Assembly (NCBI GenBank): GCA_040954595.2
Contig: CM082594.2
Span: 8,821,612 to 8,885,611 of the forward strand
From: Balanoglossus misakiensis
Lineage: Eukaryota > Animalia > Hemichordata
Direction of reading: 5' to 3'
DNA length: 64,000 bases
The position numbers and the translations under genes are program-made. Positions 1-13,419 of the stretch are shown here, one piece after another. Below the pieces are notes generated by a model. It worked only from the letters and a program-made list of their open reading frames with translations. It was not told the origin of the DNA and searched no databases. How positions within the stretch are numbered: position 1 is the first letter of the stretch; every line of letters begins with the position of its first letter.

Positions 1-3000
1 AATATTTTCTGACTTCATTTTTAGTGCATTAAACGGAGCAATCATATTCCAACTTCGATAACTGCACGCGGACACTCAATTATGAGTCATATTTAAAAAA
101 ATATTATCGGCTCAAAGTTGTTACGCCCAGGTAGAATGGAACACTAAATAATTTCAATTTAGTTTTTATGTGTTAAACAATTTTCAGCTGGGTGTAAATT
201 ACAGCATGACATTTCAAAAAGTAAGAACCATGACCATTAAAATAATGGGAAGCTATTTCATAGTTGTGTGAAATCTGTCATAAAGTATATAGACTAATAT
301 GGCAGTCTGACAGGTGGGATTATAGTATGCTTTCATATTATTAACACCAAGAAAATGCTGTATATCAGGTTTATTTTGTGTTTTGATACAAAATTCGAAG
401 AAATGACAAGAAGTAAATTGACAAAAATGTTAAGTATTATTTATTAAGTTAGTCATTTTCAATTTAAACTCTTCCCTTATACTAGTAAAATACCCTCAAT
501 CACTTGAAAAAAAAGAACTGGGTTACAGACTACTGAATTAAAGCTTTAGAATGCTTATAAAATATTTACACTATGCAAGCGTATACTGACTGTTTATTAG
601 CAATGTCTTATGAATTAATTATTGTTGGTGAGTGACAGATCTTCCTTAGCAACGAGGACTGACACTGTATTGTGTCACTTAAATATGAATACTACCTGTA
701 TACTGCCTAGCAACAAGCATTGTCTGTGCATTGCTACTAACATAATACATGCTAAGCTATAAAATAATTGAATATCTACGTATAGGTACTTTGAACTGTA
801 CTATTTGCCAATTTGCAAACAAGTATGGATTAAAAACCACTCCAATAATGTAATTGAATGCGCAATAATTTCAAACGTTCTGTCAATAACTTCTCTTTTG
901 CAAATATGTAAATTTAGCAGCTTCAAATTGATCTTTCGCCATGGCAATTTTTATGTGTGTACATCAGCTTTATGGCTAATCTTCCTTTTCATACTTGGAC
1001 TTTAATTGCCTTGGGAATCTCACAGAAAAGTAAACACACAAACTCACCCACTCAAAAAGAATTAAGTTAGTAGTATAATTTCATTGACGAGCAAATGTAC
1101 ACATCATAACAAAGCTGCCAGGCATAATTTTATTGCAAAGCAAATTTACACATCATCGCAAAACTGACAAATTAAACAAATACAATTATCTTATTGATGG
1201 TATATCAAATATTCACTTGAATGCCATTGTAAAATATCTAATTAAATTCTAAAGACTCTTCGTTCACAATACAGTCACTTGATTAGTAGAACTATAATGA
1301 CTCTTTCACCTTTATATGTTGAACTATCAGCCCGGGGCTATCATCAAAGTTTCTACATGAGCCCAGGTTGAGAGTTCAAACTCCTTAAGGAGATTTTCTG
1401 TCTTAAATTGGTATTGGGGAACTATAATTACCTGTGTATAAGCACAAATAATGAAGTTGCGGGTTTTATGTGGGATGACATCATGTTGCATCAAAGGCTG
1501 TCTGGCAAAGAAGGTTAATAAATCTGCCACTTAATTTGCACTGTATGTCAGAAATTCACTGTGTATTTACATAATTCAGGACTCTTAACTAATTTGGATA
1601 GAATGTAGATAAGGACTCACATTATCAAATTTTAGGGTTTCAACATCAGTGGAGAACTATTAACATGACAAAAATAATTTTGATATTATAATATCACACC
1701 TGGATATAAAAATCACACCCAGCATTTGGGTAAGATCTGAGTTATTATTCTTTTACAACATAAATATGAATTTTTGATAAGTTGGGGCATATAGCTTGTT
1801 TACAGTGATTTAGGGAAGGCTGATACTCTCAGCAGAATGCAATTGTGGGTTCTAGTGTCATTGGTAACCTAGCCATGTTGGAAACTATTTGAGTTGGCAA
1901 TTGTGTCAGCCGTGGTTGGCCTGGCAGTGTTGTTAACTGGGCAAGTATTTAATTGACAGTAGCTGGATACCAACGCTTGCAGTCAGCTGTAGTTGAAATC
2001 TGACTTACACAACAGGTCAAGTTGAGAATTCTACATTAAAGATGCAGTGACTGTAGTCTTTATTTTCATGTACAGCAGAGACCATCCAAGTGTTGTTCTA
2101 AGCTCATTAAATACCCTCAGAATTCACACAAAATTCTTAATTGTGTTGCTGAATGACAAACACATACCACCCTGGGATCAATTACTGAACTATTATTGCT
2201 TGTAACCTTGACAAACCTAGTGAGGCATCTTTAACAGAATTCTTTATTATCCATCATGTACCCCTGAAACTAACATGCTTGCCTGCTGGGTGAAAAAAAA
2301 ATAAGGAAATGAAAATAAAATTGTAAATTAATAGATTAATCTTCTCATAGATTTTTTGATAGCAAGTGACATGCAAAATATTACCAAGAGGTTAAATGCA
2401 ATTATCGTTTGCATGATAACACCCCTCTTTGTTGCATGCAGTTGCGTAACAGAATTTAGCAAAAAAAAAGCATAGGCATTATATGGTTTCTTCATCATTG
2501 CAGCCACTGAGGTCTTCAAAACAAGAATAACGAAAATAATCCCACAAGATCATAGCTAGACTGTGACGATCAAAACCGCTTCGGAAAATCTCAAAGACTT
2601 AAATACCCTGTGTATGGAATTATGTACTGAATAAATAAATCTTGCTGTATAATTTAAGAGTATTTTCTTCAAATGTTTGGTCATGAAGTCTCCCAAGGTA
2701 GACATTGATCAGTTATCTAGCTTGCACATACCATTCATTCACTTAGGCCCTCAGCATTATGGTCACAGTTCAATTCACAGTACGCAACATTCACAAGATA
2801 AAAGACTAACCTTGTCTAAACCCTCAGTAATTAGATTTTCCCTGTAAATTTCACAGAGCAGCTTTTTTGTCCCACCCACTGAAAATTGTTGATTCGCTAT
2901 ATTTGAATTTTCCATGGTAACAGTGGTTAAATTTGCATAGGTGACCGTGTACCTTTAATATTGACACATTTCAATGCTCAGTAAAACACTTTCACAGAAT

Positions 3001-4390
3001 TCACTTTCTGTCAGCCTTTCCATAACCATGGTTACTGATGACTTCAAATTACACAGAAGTGCAGTGTTACATTCAAAGATTCTGAGCATCCGTGCATTGC
3101 GATAAGGTTTATCTATAAGGAAAGCGAAGGGAGCCCTCTTGAGATCCCTTAAAGTGAACCATGATCAATGTTCTGCATGAAATATTCATGGCTATTTGTA
3201 TGATCTGGTGTACTCTAGCAATTAATGGATAAGACGGCTATCATTCAGCCTACCTTGGAGATAGATAAATTTCTAGCACTCATCCCATGAATCAAATTAA
3301 GAGTGCGATCTTCTTCCCAGGCAGGAATGTATTTGTTTCTGCTCGATAAATCAGCCCAAACTGTCGACAAGATAACAAACAGGGGATTGCACTTTATTTC
3401 TGGAAAAAACACAGATGTACTTTAGTTTAAAAATGTATCAATGCAGATGAAAAAAATGGGGAAGATGAATTTTAAAAAATGGCAATTTCATTTAAGATGG
3501 ATGCATGTTCTTTCATAGCCTGGTCTCCATACCAACTTGTGTTTTAGATATATAGAAATTTCTATTATATGTAAAACACACAGGCTAGTTCTTTCATCGT
3601 AATGGGTGGGTAAAACTTGTTTATTTCAAATGCCAGCCCATTGGTCTCCTGCTTGGACAGCCCCCCCCCCCCCCCCCCGATATCAAATGGTGTACCCCTT
3701 AAATATTGGTTCTTTGGGTACCCTTGACTATCTAAAATGTAGCATTGTACAAAACTATCTGAAAAGTATCACATTTGACTTTGCCCAAGAATAATAAACC
3801 AACGTATGCCAACATATGACCTATAAAGGCACAACTTGAGGGGAAAAGATGGATGGCCAATGCATGGTGCTGTATGCTGTACGTAGCAGTGGGGCATACG
3901 GAGAGGCAGAATTTTGAAAATAATTAAAACATTTACTCACAAAATACACATAAGAGGTACTTTAAATCTGTCCAACTCGTTGCAGGGCTAGCTATCTGTG
4001 CGAAATTAGCCCAGAACATCAAATACTGGATCAAAAACGCATCAACACGAGAGTATATATGAACATAGCAGTCGCCATCATTTTTCCCCTTTACTCTGTA
4101 GGGGGCGCTAATCAGGCTGTATTACAGATGCAGATGACAGAAAGTTGCTCTTTTTCATTTCATTTCCGGATTTATAAATTGATTGTACCCCACGTTTGAC
4201 TCCCAAAGCATGCAAAGGGACTATCTACCTGGCATGTTACTCTGAAATTGAGTGAAAGTTTTGGGTGTTTGGGGTTTTACATGTAAAATATCGTGATGAT
4301 ATAGTCATCATTTGGATGGAAGATGCAAAATCTCATATCAGCCATCGTTTGTAACTCTGACTCGTTGGTGTTCATTTCCATTTTTTTCAG

Positions 4391-4570
4391 ATACGAGCAC
4401 TACAGAACGGCCCTGGAAAGAGTCCCTCGCCTTCCTTGGGGTACCCATCGTGAATATGGCGGGATACAAAAAGTCAACTTGCCGGAGGACCATCGCCCGA
4501 AGAGTGAACCTCCACCGGTGGTAGAAAAGGGACATAGACATTTTGGAACTGGAGCCGACCCTTACCCAAG
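4391..4570 (+). CDS. SPMIP4: SPMIP4/C7orf31-like, first visible coding exon
   Basis: tttttttcag acceptor, AG|gtaagt donor; encodes YEHYRTALERVPRLPWGTHREYGG...ADPYPR. Confidence 0.85.
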
Positions 4571-7500
4571 GTAAGTAACCAATCGTTATTGTCACTGCTT
4601 TGTTTATTAATCAGTGTATACGTGTACATAATATGTACATGTTACTTTAACATTATATAGTTTACAGCATTTAAGATTGTTCTGAAGACAGACAAACGAA
4701 AAGCGGCCAGGCGGTCCCTCCAAACAGCATTTCAATCCGTTGATGCTGAAAATACTCCTATACGATGTAGGATCTTTTGCAGCATTTATTGGTACCCAGA
4801 TGTTCTCACAAAAAAGTAACAATTCAGTAAACAATAACTGAAGAACTGCAAAAGAATCGAATAGCTGGGGTTGGCTGGAAAGTCCTAAATAAGCAAGAGC
4901 GCCCCCCACTTACAAGTAATTTGCAGACTTTTGTTTTTGTGGTGATAAACTTGCTTGTCTTCAATGATGTCTCCCGTATCTGACACTAATTCTGCTCTAG
5001 AAGTCACGTGACACAAGACATTCTCTAACTGAAGAGCCTTTTGAACTTTGAGCAAACAACTTGTTGCAGTCAGAATTTAGAGCTAGAAGCACAAGAATGG
5101 TTGGTATTTCAAATGAGCAAATACTGTTTGTACAAAGTTTATTTCTGCCACTCTACATTTGCATTTACCAATCTATCTCAGTGTGTAGGTTTCAGAATTA
5201 GCTTGTCCCAAGGAGAGACCATATTCTTTGAAGTATTTCCGACAAATTGTCTCCCCTTTGCTGCAGGCCAGTGTTATTGGGCCTAAATGACATATTTAAG
5301 GGGTGTAATTACATGCAATCGATAGTCGTAATAACTCATGAACACTGGCAGAGGTGGGTTGCAGTCAGTGCAACATTCCATTGCTGGGGGGGGGGGGGGG
5401 GTCTCAACACCATATACATTGTCCTGTCTGTGTGACAAATGTCTGCTTTCCTTCTTTAGCCAGATTGTGTTAATTCATGAAGGCTGTAGTCACTGAATGC
5501 TGAAGTGACCATCAGGGTTTGGTATTCAACCATTCCAGGCTAATTACTCACTGTACTTTACTGTGTTACTTTTTCGTCACAAGTCAGTGTGAAGTCAGTC
5601 TGTTTACTGACTCTCAAAAGAAATAATCTGTTTAATCCAGTTCTACTATTGGCCGAATCGTTGCATAATGCGACTCTTGTGTTGACCAGATATCTTGTTG
5701 AAGTGCAGCTTTACATATGACTTTACATATGGATTGTGTCACATTGTGAACAAAGCAATTACCCTCATTTGCATACTCTATGGCAACCCCCGAAGCCAGT
5801 GGTGTCGCAGGGGCTGGTCGTACGTACAACTCTGGCAAGACTAGTGTTGCTTCATGCTCAGTGAATTTGGGCTGTCTGGCTCAAATTTAGGAGTTGTAAG
5901 ATGACGACTTCGCTGTTGCCTCAACTACCGTGGAAATACCCGCCGCAGCCTGAGTATCCTAACCTGAGTAAGGTCCATTCCGTGTACCAAACGTAAGACC
6001 ACTTGTATTCTCTCCTACTGTGTTCATGTGTTAACTTATTCAACAGCCACAGGGCTTACGTGTTGAATTCTTTATGACACCAAACAACAGGGGGAATTCT
6101 TTCGCATTTTGTGTTAATTATCTCTGACAAAGATGCTCATTTGTGGAAAGAAGACAGCAAAAAAGATTTGAAAAAAAAGCATTTCAAGAAAACCAACCAA
6201 AAATCCTGGACGAATGCAAACATGATATGTAACTTGACATCTATAGTGATACATCACTGCATCTCAGCTCTCTCAGATCATGTTCCTCCATAACTATTCA
6301 TTTCTGTTTTGCTTCTGGTGTAGGTTTTCTGCCCGGAGTTTGCATCGTAAATCACCATTGTTATGGAAGACCGCAGCAAGTGTACTGTTTCTGTTTACAG
6401 AAAAACTGAAGAAGTTAGATCGCCGGCTGCAGAGTCATGTTCTCAAACGAGATTTTTTTTTGCAGGGCAACTTTGAGCAAGAAGGACTAGACCACAGCTG
6501 AGATTTAATGTCATTCCAACTCATTCAACGTTAAAATCAACTTTTTTATCATTTCTTTCAGGATCTTTAGTCTATTTTAATAGTTTTTTAGCCTTTACGC
6601 ACCACAAAATATCAGGCCTCTGTGCAGTGTTTCCAGGGCCCCAGGGACCTTGAATCAATATTTCTTTTCAGTTCTGATAATCTAAACTGTTTGAATTATT
6701 AATTCATTGAAACAAGCAAGCTATTATTTCAACTAAACAATGGTACAGTGTTAATTCTAGCTTCTATAGGGAGACATTCTAAATTCTAAAGTTTAAAACA
6801 TTTCCCAATGGTGGCATTTTTTTAATTTTCTAAATATAGTTTAATGTTTACCCAATTACCAGCAATGTCTGATTGAAGTTTGCATGCCAGGTGTCTGATG
6901 ACCACTCCTAGAGAAACTTCACATTCCTTGTAACTGAGTAACCTTCAAATATTTTTCTTAGCTTTCCATGTGTACTTGTCACATTAGCTTTACAGGGGTT
7001 GTAGGTCAGGTTTATTTAGCCAGTGGCCAGTAATGTGCAAATAAGTGTCTGGCCCTCCTTGGTGACGGCCAAGTTTGACATGTTTTGATGACAGGTGACT
7101 GGGCTACCAGATCCTATCGTCATGGTAACCTATCGGAGCTCAGACAAACCATGACACCATCAATGAATCACAGACGTCCAGCACTTTGTCAAACCACAAG
7201 TTGAATTCTTTCAAACTGTTCTATTCAACTACTCTCTACCGTCTGATAGCTGTTTAATTTTCATAAGCAGAGCTGATGACAAGTCGACTGTACCCATCGA
7301 TGCTGAGCAACTATCTTGATACTGGTTGTCAGGGTGCCTTAGTCCTCACAACTGAATGAAACCATGCAAAACTGAAGAATCTCATCTCCATTATTTCACC
7401 ATAGACAGTCGCCGGTAGTCTCCCTGCTACTGGCCGTGAGTTAATGGAATGCAGAGACAAACCATTACAGTGGCCAATTAATCTTAATTAAGCTAATTAG

Positions 7501-10500
7501 GGAAATCCCAGATCTGGGTAAATTGCCTTCTGATGATTTGCAAAGCCTCACAACACACTAGCAGTAGTGCAGTGAACTAAACAAACTCATCTTCTTTTCA
7601 GTCATCTCTTTACTGCAGGATACATTCATGACAATTGACAGCATCAGTATATATACAGACAATCAGTTATTTCATTTATTCATGTCCACAATATGAACAC
7701 TCTTTTCTTTTCTCTTTCAACAGAGGCATACCTACAAACCAGTATTATGACCTGACACAGCTGAAACGCAGCAATGTTCGATCCAATGATGAATTGTAAG
7801 TAGCATCTTGACCCACTTTCCCCATTGTTGAAAAGAGTAACATTAAAATTGTAATATAAAAAAAAAGATAATTTCTTTAATAAGGGAATTCAATATTTTA
7901 TCTAATCTTTTTGTATTTCTGTTTCCTTGCAGGGTTCCCAGACCACAAAGTATTGATATGACGTAAGTTGCTCAATTCAGTTTTCAGAAACTGCCTATCC
8001 TGCTGATAATACCATAATATCATTTGTAGTATCTCACCACACTTTTTCTCATATAAAGAGTGCCTTTCAAACTAACAGTTTTAGTTGTATTTTGGTTTTT
8101 CCATTTTCAGACAGGTTTATTTTCATCTTCATTTCAACTAACATAGCAGATTTTAAACTTTAAACACTCGCTATTGTTGCAATCTTGTTTCTTGGTAATA
8201 AGGTATGTAGGTAGTTCGTTTCTTTTTGGTTTCTTTCTATTTTTTATGTTTCTCTAATTCTTAGTATTTAAAATCCTATTGGCTCATTGTTCATCCCATC
8301 CAAGACTCAGTTTTTTCAAGTTTAAAATTTCTCAACAATCTCAACGATTCTATTTCATATCACCACTCAACTAACCATCATCAAATTATTTCTTTTCTGT
8401 TCAGGAAACTGAAAATCAACCTGCCATTCCCAGCAGAGCATCCCTATGCATCCCACCAGTCGAAGTTTGCCATGTTTCCTACTTACGGAACTACTCCGGA
8501 TGATCCTAAGACTGGTGTAGCTGCTGCCCACAACCAACCCCTGCATCCACTACAACCTGCTATGCCCTACGATGTCGTTATTGACGAGAAAGTCAAAGGT
8601 TAGCAACAAAGTTTCTCTCCACCTTATTCTCCTCATGCAACACATATCACTTCGCTGATTGACGTCTCTCTATCAAACTATTTTTGTTTTATCCATGTCT
8701 CATATCTTCACCAAAAAATCAAACACAATCCCTACAGTTTCTGTCAAAATATTTCATCATCAATTTGACATCTCTTCATTCAGAGCTTCCATCTTCCTTT
8801 CTTTCTTTCTTAACTCATCCACATTCAATCACAGGTCATTCCATGAGGAAGGAAACACAGATCGTGCCACCAGAATCCCACAAGAGAGCTCTAACCTGGC
8901 CAGGAGATAACTTTTATCAGGTGAGTGTCATTTGCCATCAGTTGTTGAATTGGAGCCCCTATACAACCAAGTTTACACACGTACAATACACTTGCATGCA
9001 CACAAAGAAACACACATTATTTGCACTTGGCCTTTTCACAAGATTCCAATTCCCCTTAATTTGCACCTCATTACTGAAAATATCATTGACGTAAGACATA
9101 AGGAAGTCACATGATGTGTGTTAGCCAATGGAAGAATGCAAAGGCTCATCTCTATGGAAACTGTAGAAACATTCAAAGGAGAACGAAACTCTTGCTCTTG
9201 CTCTGACAAACTCCAGCTACCACCAATCAACTTCAACTTATGTTGATAATAGTTCATGTGGATATTCTTTGAATATGCAAAGGTATATTTCATTTCTTTT
9301 TACACATCCCTTTATCCCCCATTCAAATGAAATAGCTTGCTCGTTCTACCTACGGAGGACGCCAGCAATACTACCCGACGCCTCCGAAGATGGTGATACC
9401 AAACCACGATGCTCGAAAGCTGGACAACACGCTGAATCCTCGCACGGCAAATGCTCTGCGCAATGTCGAGAGATCACAGTGGACGACAACGTACGATAGA
9501 AGTTTCACGGGTTACGGTCCAGCGAATGCGCTGGCGCTCGATAACTACACCGAGAAACAAACCAACGAAATGGTCTACGGTGTTGAGGATACCACCTTGG
9601 TAAGACAACTTAGGCACTCGCGACACTTTAGAAAGTAGCGAGGAAAAGAATTCCATGGTAACAAACTGTGATATTTCACAGGAGAAAAAGACAAAAACAA
9701 CCAAGTGTAATAAATGAAATTAAAGCTTTGTACAATGTTAAAACCATGAATTTAACAGAACTATATCAAGTGTACCACATCCCATGAAACTGGAAAAACA
9801 AACATAAGCAATCTAATTTTACAGTTACACTATCTTACCAGCAACCATCCGTCCATTTTTATATTATTTACTTTTTATTCAGATGTATTTATCAGTGTGC
9901 TATTGATTTGCCAGTAATGGCAACCTGTATATTTGGTTGTATTTTATTCTCTATACTTTTTATCTTGTGCATGGAAAAAAAATACTGAAAAATCGCCAAA
10001 AGTTGACAGCAGTGACCCTTTACCTCCATTGGTTTATTTAATTATTTCAACTAAATTTTGCCTCATGTTCTGTCTTGAACATGCAGGGATTATACAGCTT
10101 TACTGAGACTACATGGTGTCTATCAACTTTTCACTGACTTACTTACTGCCATGTTCACATATTTTATTGTATATATATACTTGTGTGTGCTAAATAAAGA
10201 AATAAATCCGTCCCAAGAGTAACACTTAAGAGTTCTCCAATGCAAAGAGACAAGATGAAACATAGAAAATGTCCCATTGCTCCAGAATCCTCTCAAGACC
10301 AAAAAATCATGCCACCAAACAAATGGAAAACACTTTGAAAGCCAAGTGAAGACCAAACGCAGCATGTAGCAAGCCCTGTCCCAAGCAATCAATAGCTGAA
10401 TCCTGAATTACAATCCAAAACATGTAATCAGTGATGTTTTTTTGTCTAAGTGGATTGATTACATTGTTGTCACCATGGAAACGACCTGGGATTAATCATC

Positions 10501-13419
10501 TCTGACCCGCAGTGACCTGTGACCATGAGATTGAGACTCTAAGTGAGCATTAGATTTCCTGTGATATAACAGTATCGATTGCGGTGATCAATTATTTATA
10601 GTTAAACAAACAAGCCAGGAGACATGGGCTTTTGACGAAAGAAAAAAAAACACCTGTCGCCCCCCCCCCCCCCCAGTCTGTTCATTGTTTGACGCGTTTC
10701 TATGGAGTCGGCGTTAGCAACCACCAGACCATGGCGGAGTTAACATGCAGACTGCTATTGTGTTCCAGTGAAACAGAATTCTCAAACTGCTAATCTCTGT
10801 TAACTATCAGAGGAGGGCTTATTAAGCTCAATTAATCTGCCATAACAGGGAACAATTTAAAAAAGATCTGATCCCCTAATTTCATATACAGTAGACATAA
10901 TCCAATCCCCCACTGCTGATAGAATGTACCATATAACAAAACTGTGGCTGTAAATTTCAAGCTGACATTCTGAATTTTAATTTAAAAAGACACCTGCAGA
11001 TAGCTGTAATACTTCCTCAAACTGACTAAATATAGTACTTCAAATTTGAAATGAAGAAAACCAGTATGTTAGGTATAAAACAGAGATTGTATCTATTGAT
11101 TGTCCTTAGAATCCTGTCTAAAGGTTTATTTGATTTGATATGTCAAATCAAGATTTGTTGATCAAGTTTGATGTCTGGGCAGTATCAAATGACCAAGGCT
11201 TAAATCTGTCTGTCCAGACACTCAGAAATCAATACTCTACTACTTCAAAAAAGGCTGCAGAGATCTTAAATTTTATCAGGGGACCAAAGTTCACCAAGTA
11301 ACCCATAAAAGTTTAGCAGTAACTTGTTACTGCGATCAATTGCTATAAAAGGTCATGAAAGTTATGACAGAAATTTAAATTCAGTGAAATGGAATGTATG
11401 GTTTCACGTCATTACGTATAGCTACATGACGTGTCAACTTTTCAAACTTAGAGGTTGAATGTAAAATTATGTAAAATTCACAATGAAAAAGTATTCTATA
11501 TTGTACAAAGCTTTAATTACTATGAGTAATGTTTCATCTTTAATGAGGCACATTGTATGAAGCTGTGATGACCATGTCATCGTCACAGTAATTATGATTT
11601 TTGTCTATTTTGTCAATTCTTAGCATTGTGACATTTTACTTATTTAATCTGAGCTTTGAATTCTGTCATTGATAATATGTCCCTTATCTTTCTGTTTTAT
11701 TTCCAGCATCCCAGATCATACAACACATTCATGCCACCTCGTCCACTGGAAGGCCGTATATCTCGTATGATTGGACCGGCCACTGCAGTGCGATGTGTCA
11801 TCAAGGATGGCCGTATTGAATATGTACCATTTACACCCAAAATTGACATTGAAATGGACAAGGTAATTCCCATCAAACATATCATGTCACGTACTGTAGA
11901 GTTAAGAAGCAAAGAAGACGTTACCTGTTTATTATCTTTTTATTGAAATATCTTTATGTACTGTAGTCTTTGATACTTTTGTACAACACTGCAGTATAAA
12001 AAGACCCATAAAATATAGGTTTGGGTTACAAGCCTTGTTATGCCTTTTAACGTAATAAATTGTTCAGTTCTGTGCTTCAAAGAATGAAGAAACTTTTAAC
12101 CTTGTCTTTTGACCATACGTTTCAGATCATAACTGCTTGTATTCTTGTCATTTTAGGTCAAACCGTACGCAAATCTGCCATCGGAGACTCGCGATTCATT
12201 CCAAGATCCGAAACAAGTCGATCAGTGGAAGAAGATCGAGGCAGACCAGGACCCAGACGGCCAGCTCAAGAAGCTCGCTGAGAAGAAAAGTGAAACCGTA
12301 AACCAGCAGCTCTTCGTCCCCGAGAAGGAGAAAGAGAAATCTATCGAAGAGTGGAGGAAGGACTTGGAAGCGTGGCAGAAGAGACGGTTCGAAGATATCG
12401 CGACGAACACAAGATGGAAACAAGCGGAAAACCAGGAGCATCACGATGATCTGTCGCAGCTGAGACGAAAGATCAGCTTCGTGACGCCGGTCATGCAGCC
12501 ACCAGTGTACTACGACACCCAGCATAAAGTCCTGACGTGCCGGGCACCCTTCTATTACGACGGAACAAACCCGTACGAACTGGATGATATCAGTCCCTGG
12601 GAATACCACCTGACCAAGTCCCATCTGGAGCTCCGAGACGAAGAAGAGAAGGCGACCAAGGAATGCCAGATGTCTGCTCCACTGCCGGAGAGAGAATGGG
12701 AGAAGTACCAGTTTGCCGGCAATCCCGGTGCAAATCCCAATATGGCTCTACCGAAGAAGTACTCAAACTTTCAATTGCTGCACGGAAGACCACGGCTAGA
12801 GAACAGCTTTGTACAAAAGCCGGCTGGACAGTCGACGTACACGTACGAGTACAACCCAGACAAGGTGAAAACTGTCATCGCGGCCGATAAGGATAAATAT
12901 CACTTGCGAGAGTTGAGCACGGCGATACCAAAACCTTTCCGCTCTCTCTCCCCGATCCAGAAGAATGGCACCAGGAGTGTCCAGATCTCCGACACGGTCA
13001 AAGTGGCCACAGGGGGGAACGGTCAGCCCATGACCGTCACCAGCCGGCCGGCAACTGTCCCGAATCTGGAACGAGAGCTTGTCAACGAGTACCGGGGGAC
13101 CGTCTCCTCCTCCTTCGCCCCTCAGACCGACAAGCACTGGTTCCCAGATATGAATCGGTCAGTTGATCTTGACCACTTGCCCGTGCCGAATAGCCAGCCC
13201 ACTCACCCCGCCCTCAATTACCGCCCCCCTGACTGGACCATTCCGGGAACACCCCGACAACAGTCCAAACTACGCGACATCCAAGATTCCTTCACTAAAA
13301 CTGATACTCGTAGGAAATTTCATAGTACGTTCAGTGAAACCAATCCCGATTTGAGAGGAAATATAAACACAGGAAAGACACACACTTTTCAAGGAGATAA
13401 TGCATATTATTGGCATTAG
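4391..13419 (+). CDS. SPMIP4: C7orf31/SPMIP4 homologue (sperm/ciliary microtubule inner protein 4-like), multi-exon, 5' end not located
   Basis: Phase-consistent GT-AG exons 4391-4570, 7724-7795, 7933-7962, 8405-8598, 8835-8920, 9336-9599, 11707-11862, 12157-13419 (TAG). Peptides RLPWGTHREYGG..LPEDHRPKSEPP..KGHRHFG, KRALTWPG, RNVERSQWTTTY..FTGYGP, PPRPLEGRISR and C-terminal DSFTKT..RKFH..DLRGN..GKTHTFQGDNAYYWH match, in order, the conserved blocks I recall from human C7orf31. The first visible exon starts in phase 2, so an upstream exon is required. Confidence 0.88.
10469..10482. promoter_or_regulatory. RFX X-box (GTCACCATGGAAAC) in SPMIP4 intron
   Basis: Exact match to GTNRCCATGGNAAC; RFX factors regulate ciliary genes. 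Similar motifs occur across the whole window, so function is uncertain. Confidence 0.35.
12157..13419 (+). CDS. SPMIP4: SPMIP4/C7orf31-like, terminal coding exon
   Basis: ttttag acceptor, in frame with ORF 12364-13419; ends NAYYWH*; AATAAA at ~13498 and ~13547. Confidence 0.88.
   Translation, partial: VKPYANLPSETRDSFQDPKQVDQWKKIEADQDPDGQLKKLAEKKSETVNQQLFVPEKEKEKSIEEWRKDLEAWQKRRFEDIATNTRWKQAENQEHHDDLSQLRRKISFVTPVMQPPVYYDTQHKVLTCRAPFYYDGTNPYELDDISPWEYHLTKSHLELRDEEEKATKECQMSAPLPEREWEKYQFAGNPGANPNMALPKKYSNFQLLHGRPRLENSFVQKPAGQSTYTYEYNPDKVKTVIAADKDKYHLRELSTAIPKPFRSLSPIQKNGTRSVQISDTVKVATGGNGQPMTVTSRPATVPNLERELVNEYRGTVSSSFAPQTDKHWFPDMNRSVDLDHLPVPNSQPTHPALNYRPPDWTIPGTPRQQSKLRDIQDSFTKTDTRRKFHSTFSETNPDLRGNINTGKTHTFQGDNAYYWH

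Noticed and set aside
1621-1656. 36-nt AG/GT-flanked segment on - (FSTDVETLKFDN)
   Set aside because: No phase-compatible partner exon or recognisable protein found; cannot support a gene.
3660-3701. Poly-C/poly-G runs (also ~5385, 10659, 30857, 51788, 61309) and a possible MITE terminus ending CCCCTTA
   Set aside because: No matching second terminus or target-site duplication seen; the homopolymers alone are uninformative.
4323-4390. ATG 4323 as the SPMIP4 start
   Set aside because: It translates a polypyrimidine tract and acceptor (FISIFF), so it is more likely intronic.
6896-6920. CTGATGA...GAAA hammerhead-like core
   Set aside because: Stem II does not pair and no flanking stems are evident.
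12196-13137. Several - strand ORFs of 61-142 aa
   Set aside because: Antisense shadows of the GC-rich SPMIP4 last exon; no motifs or splice support.
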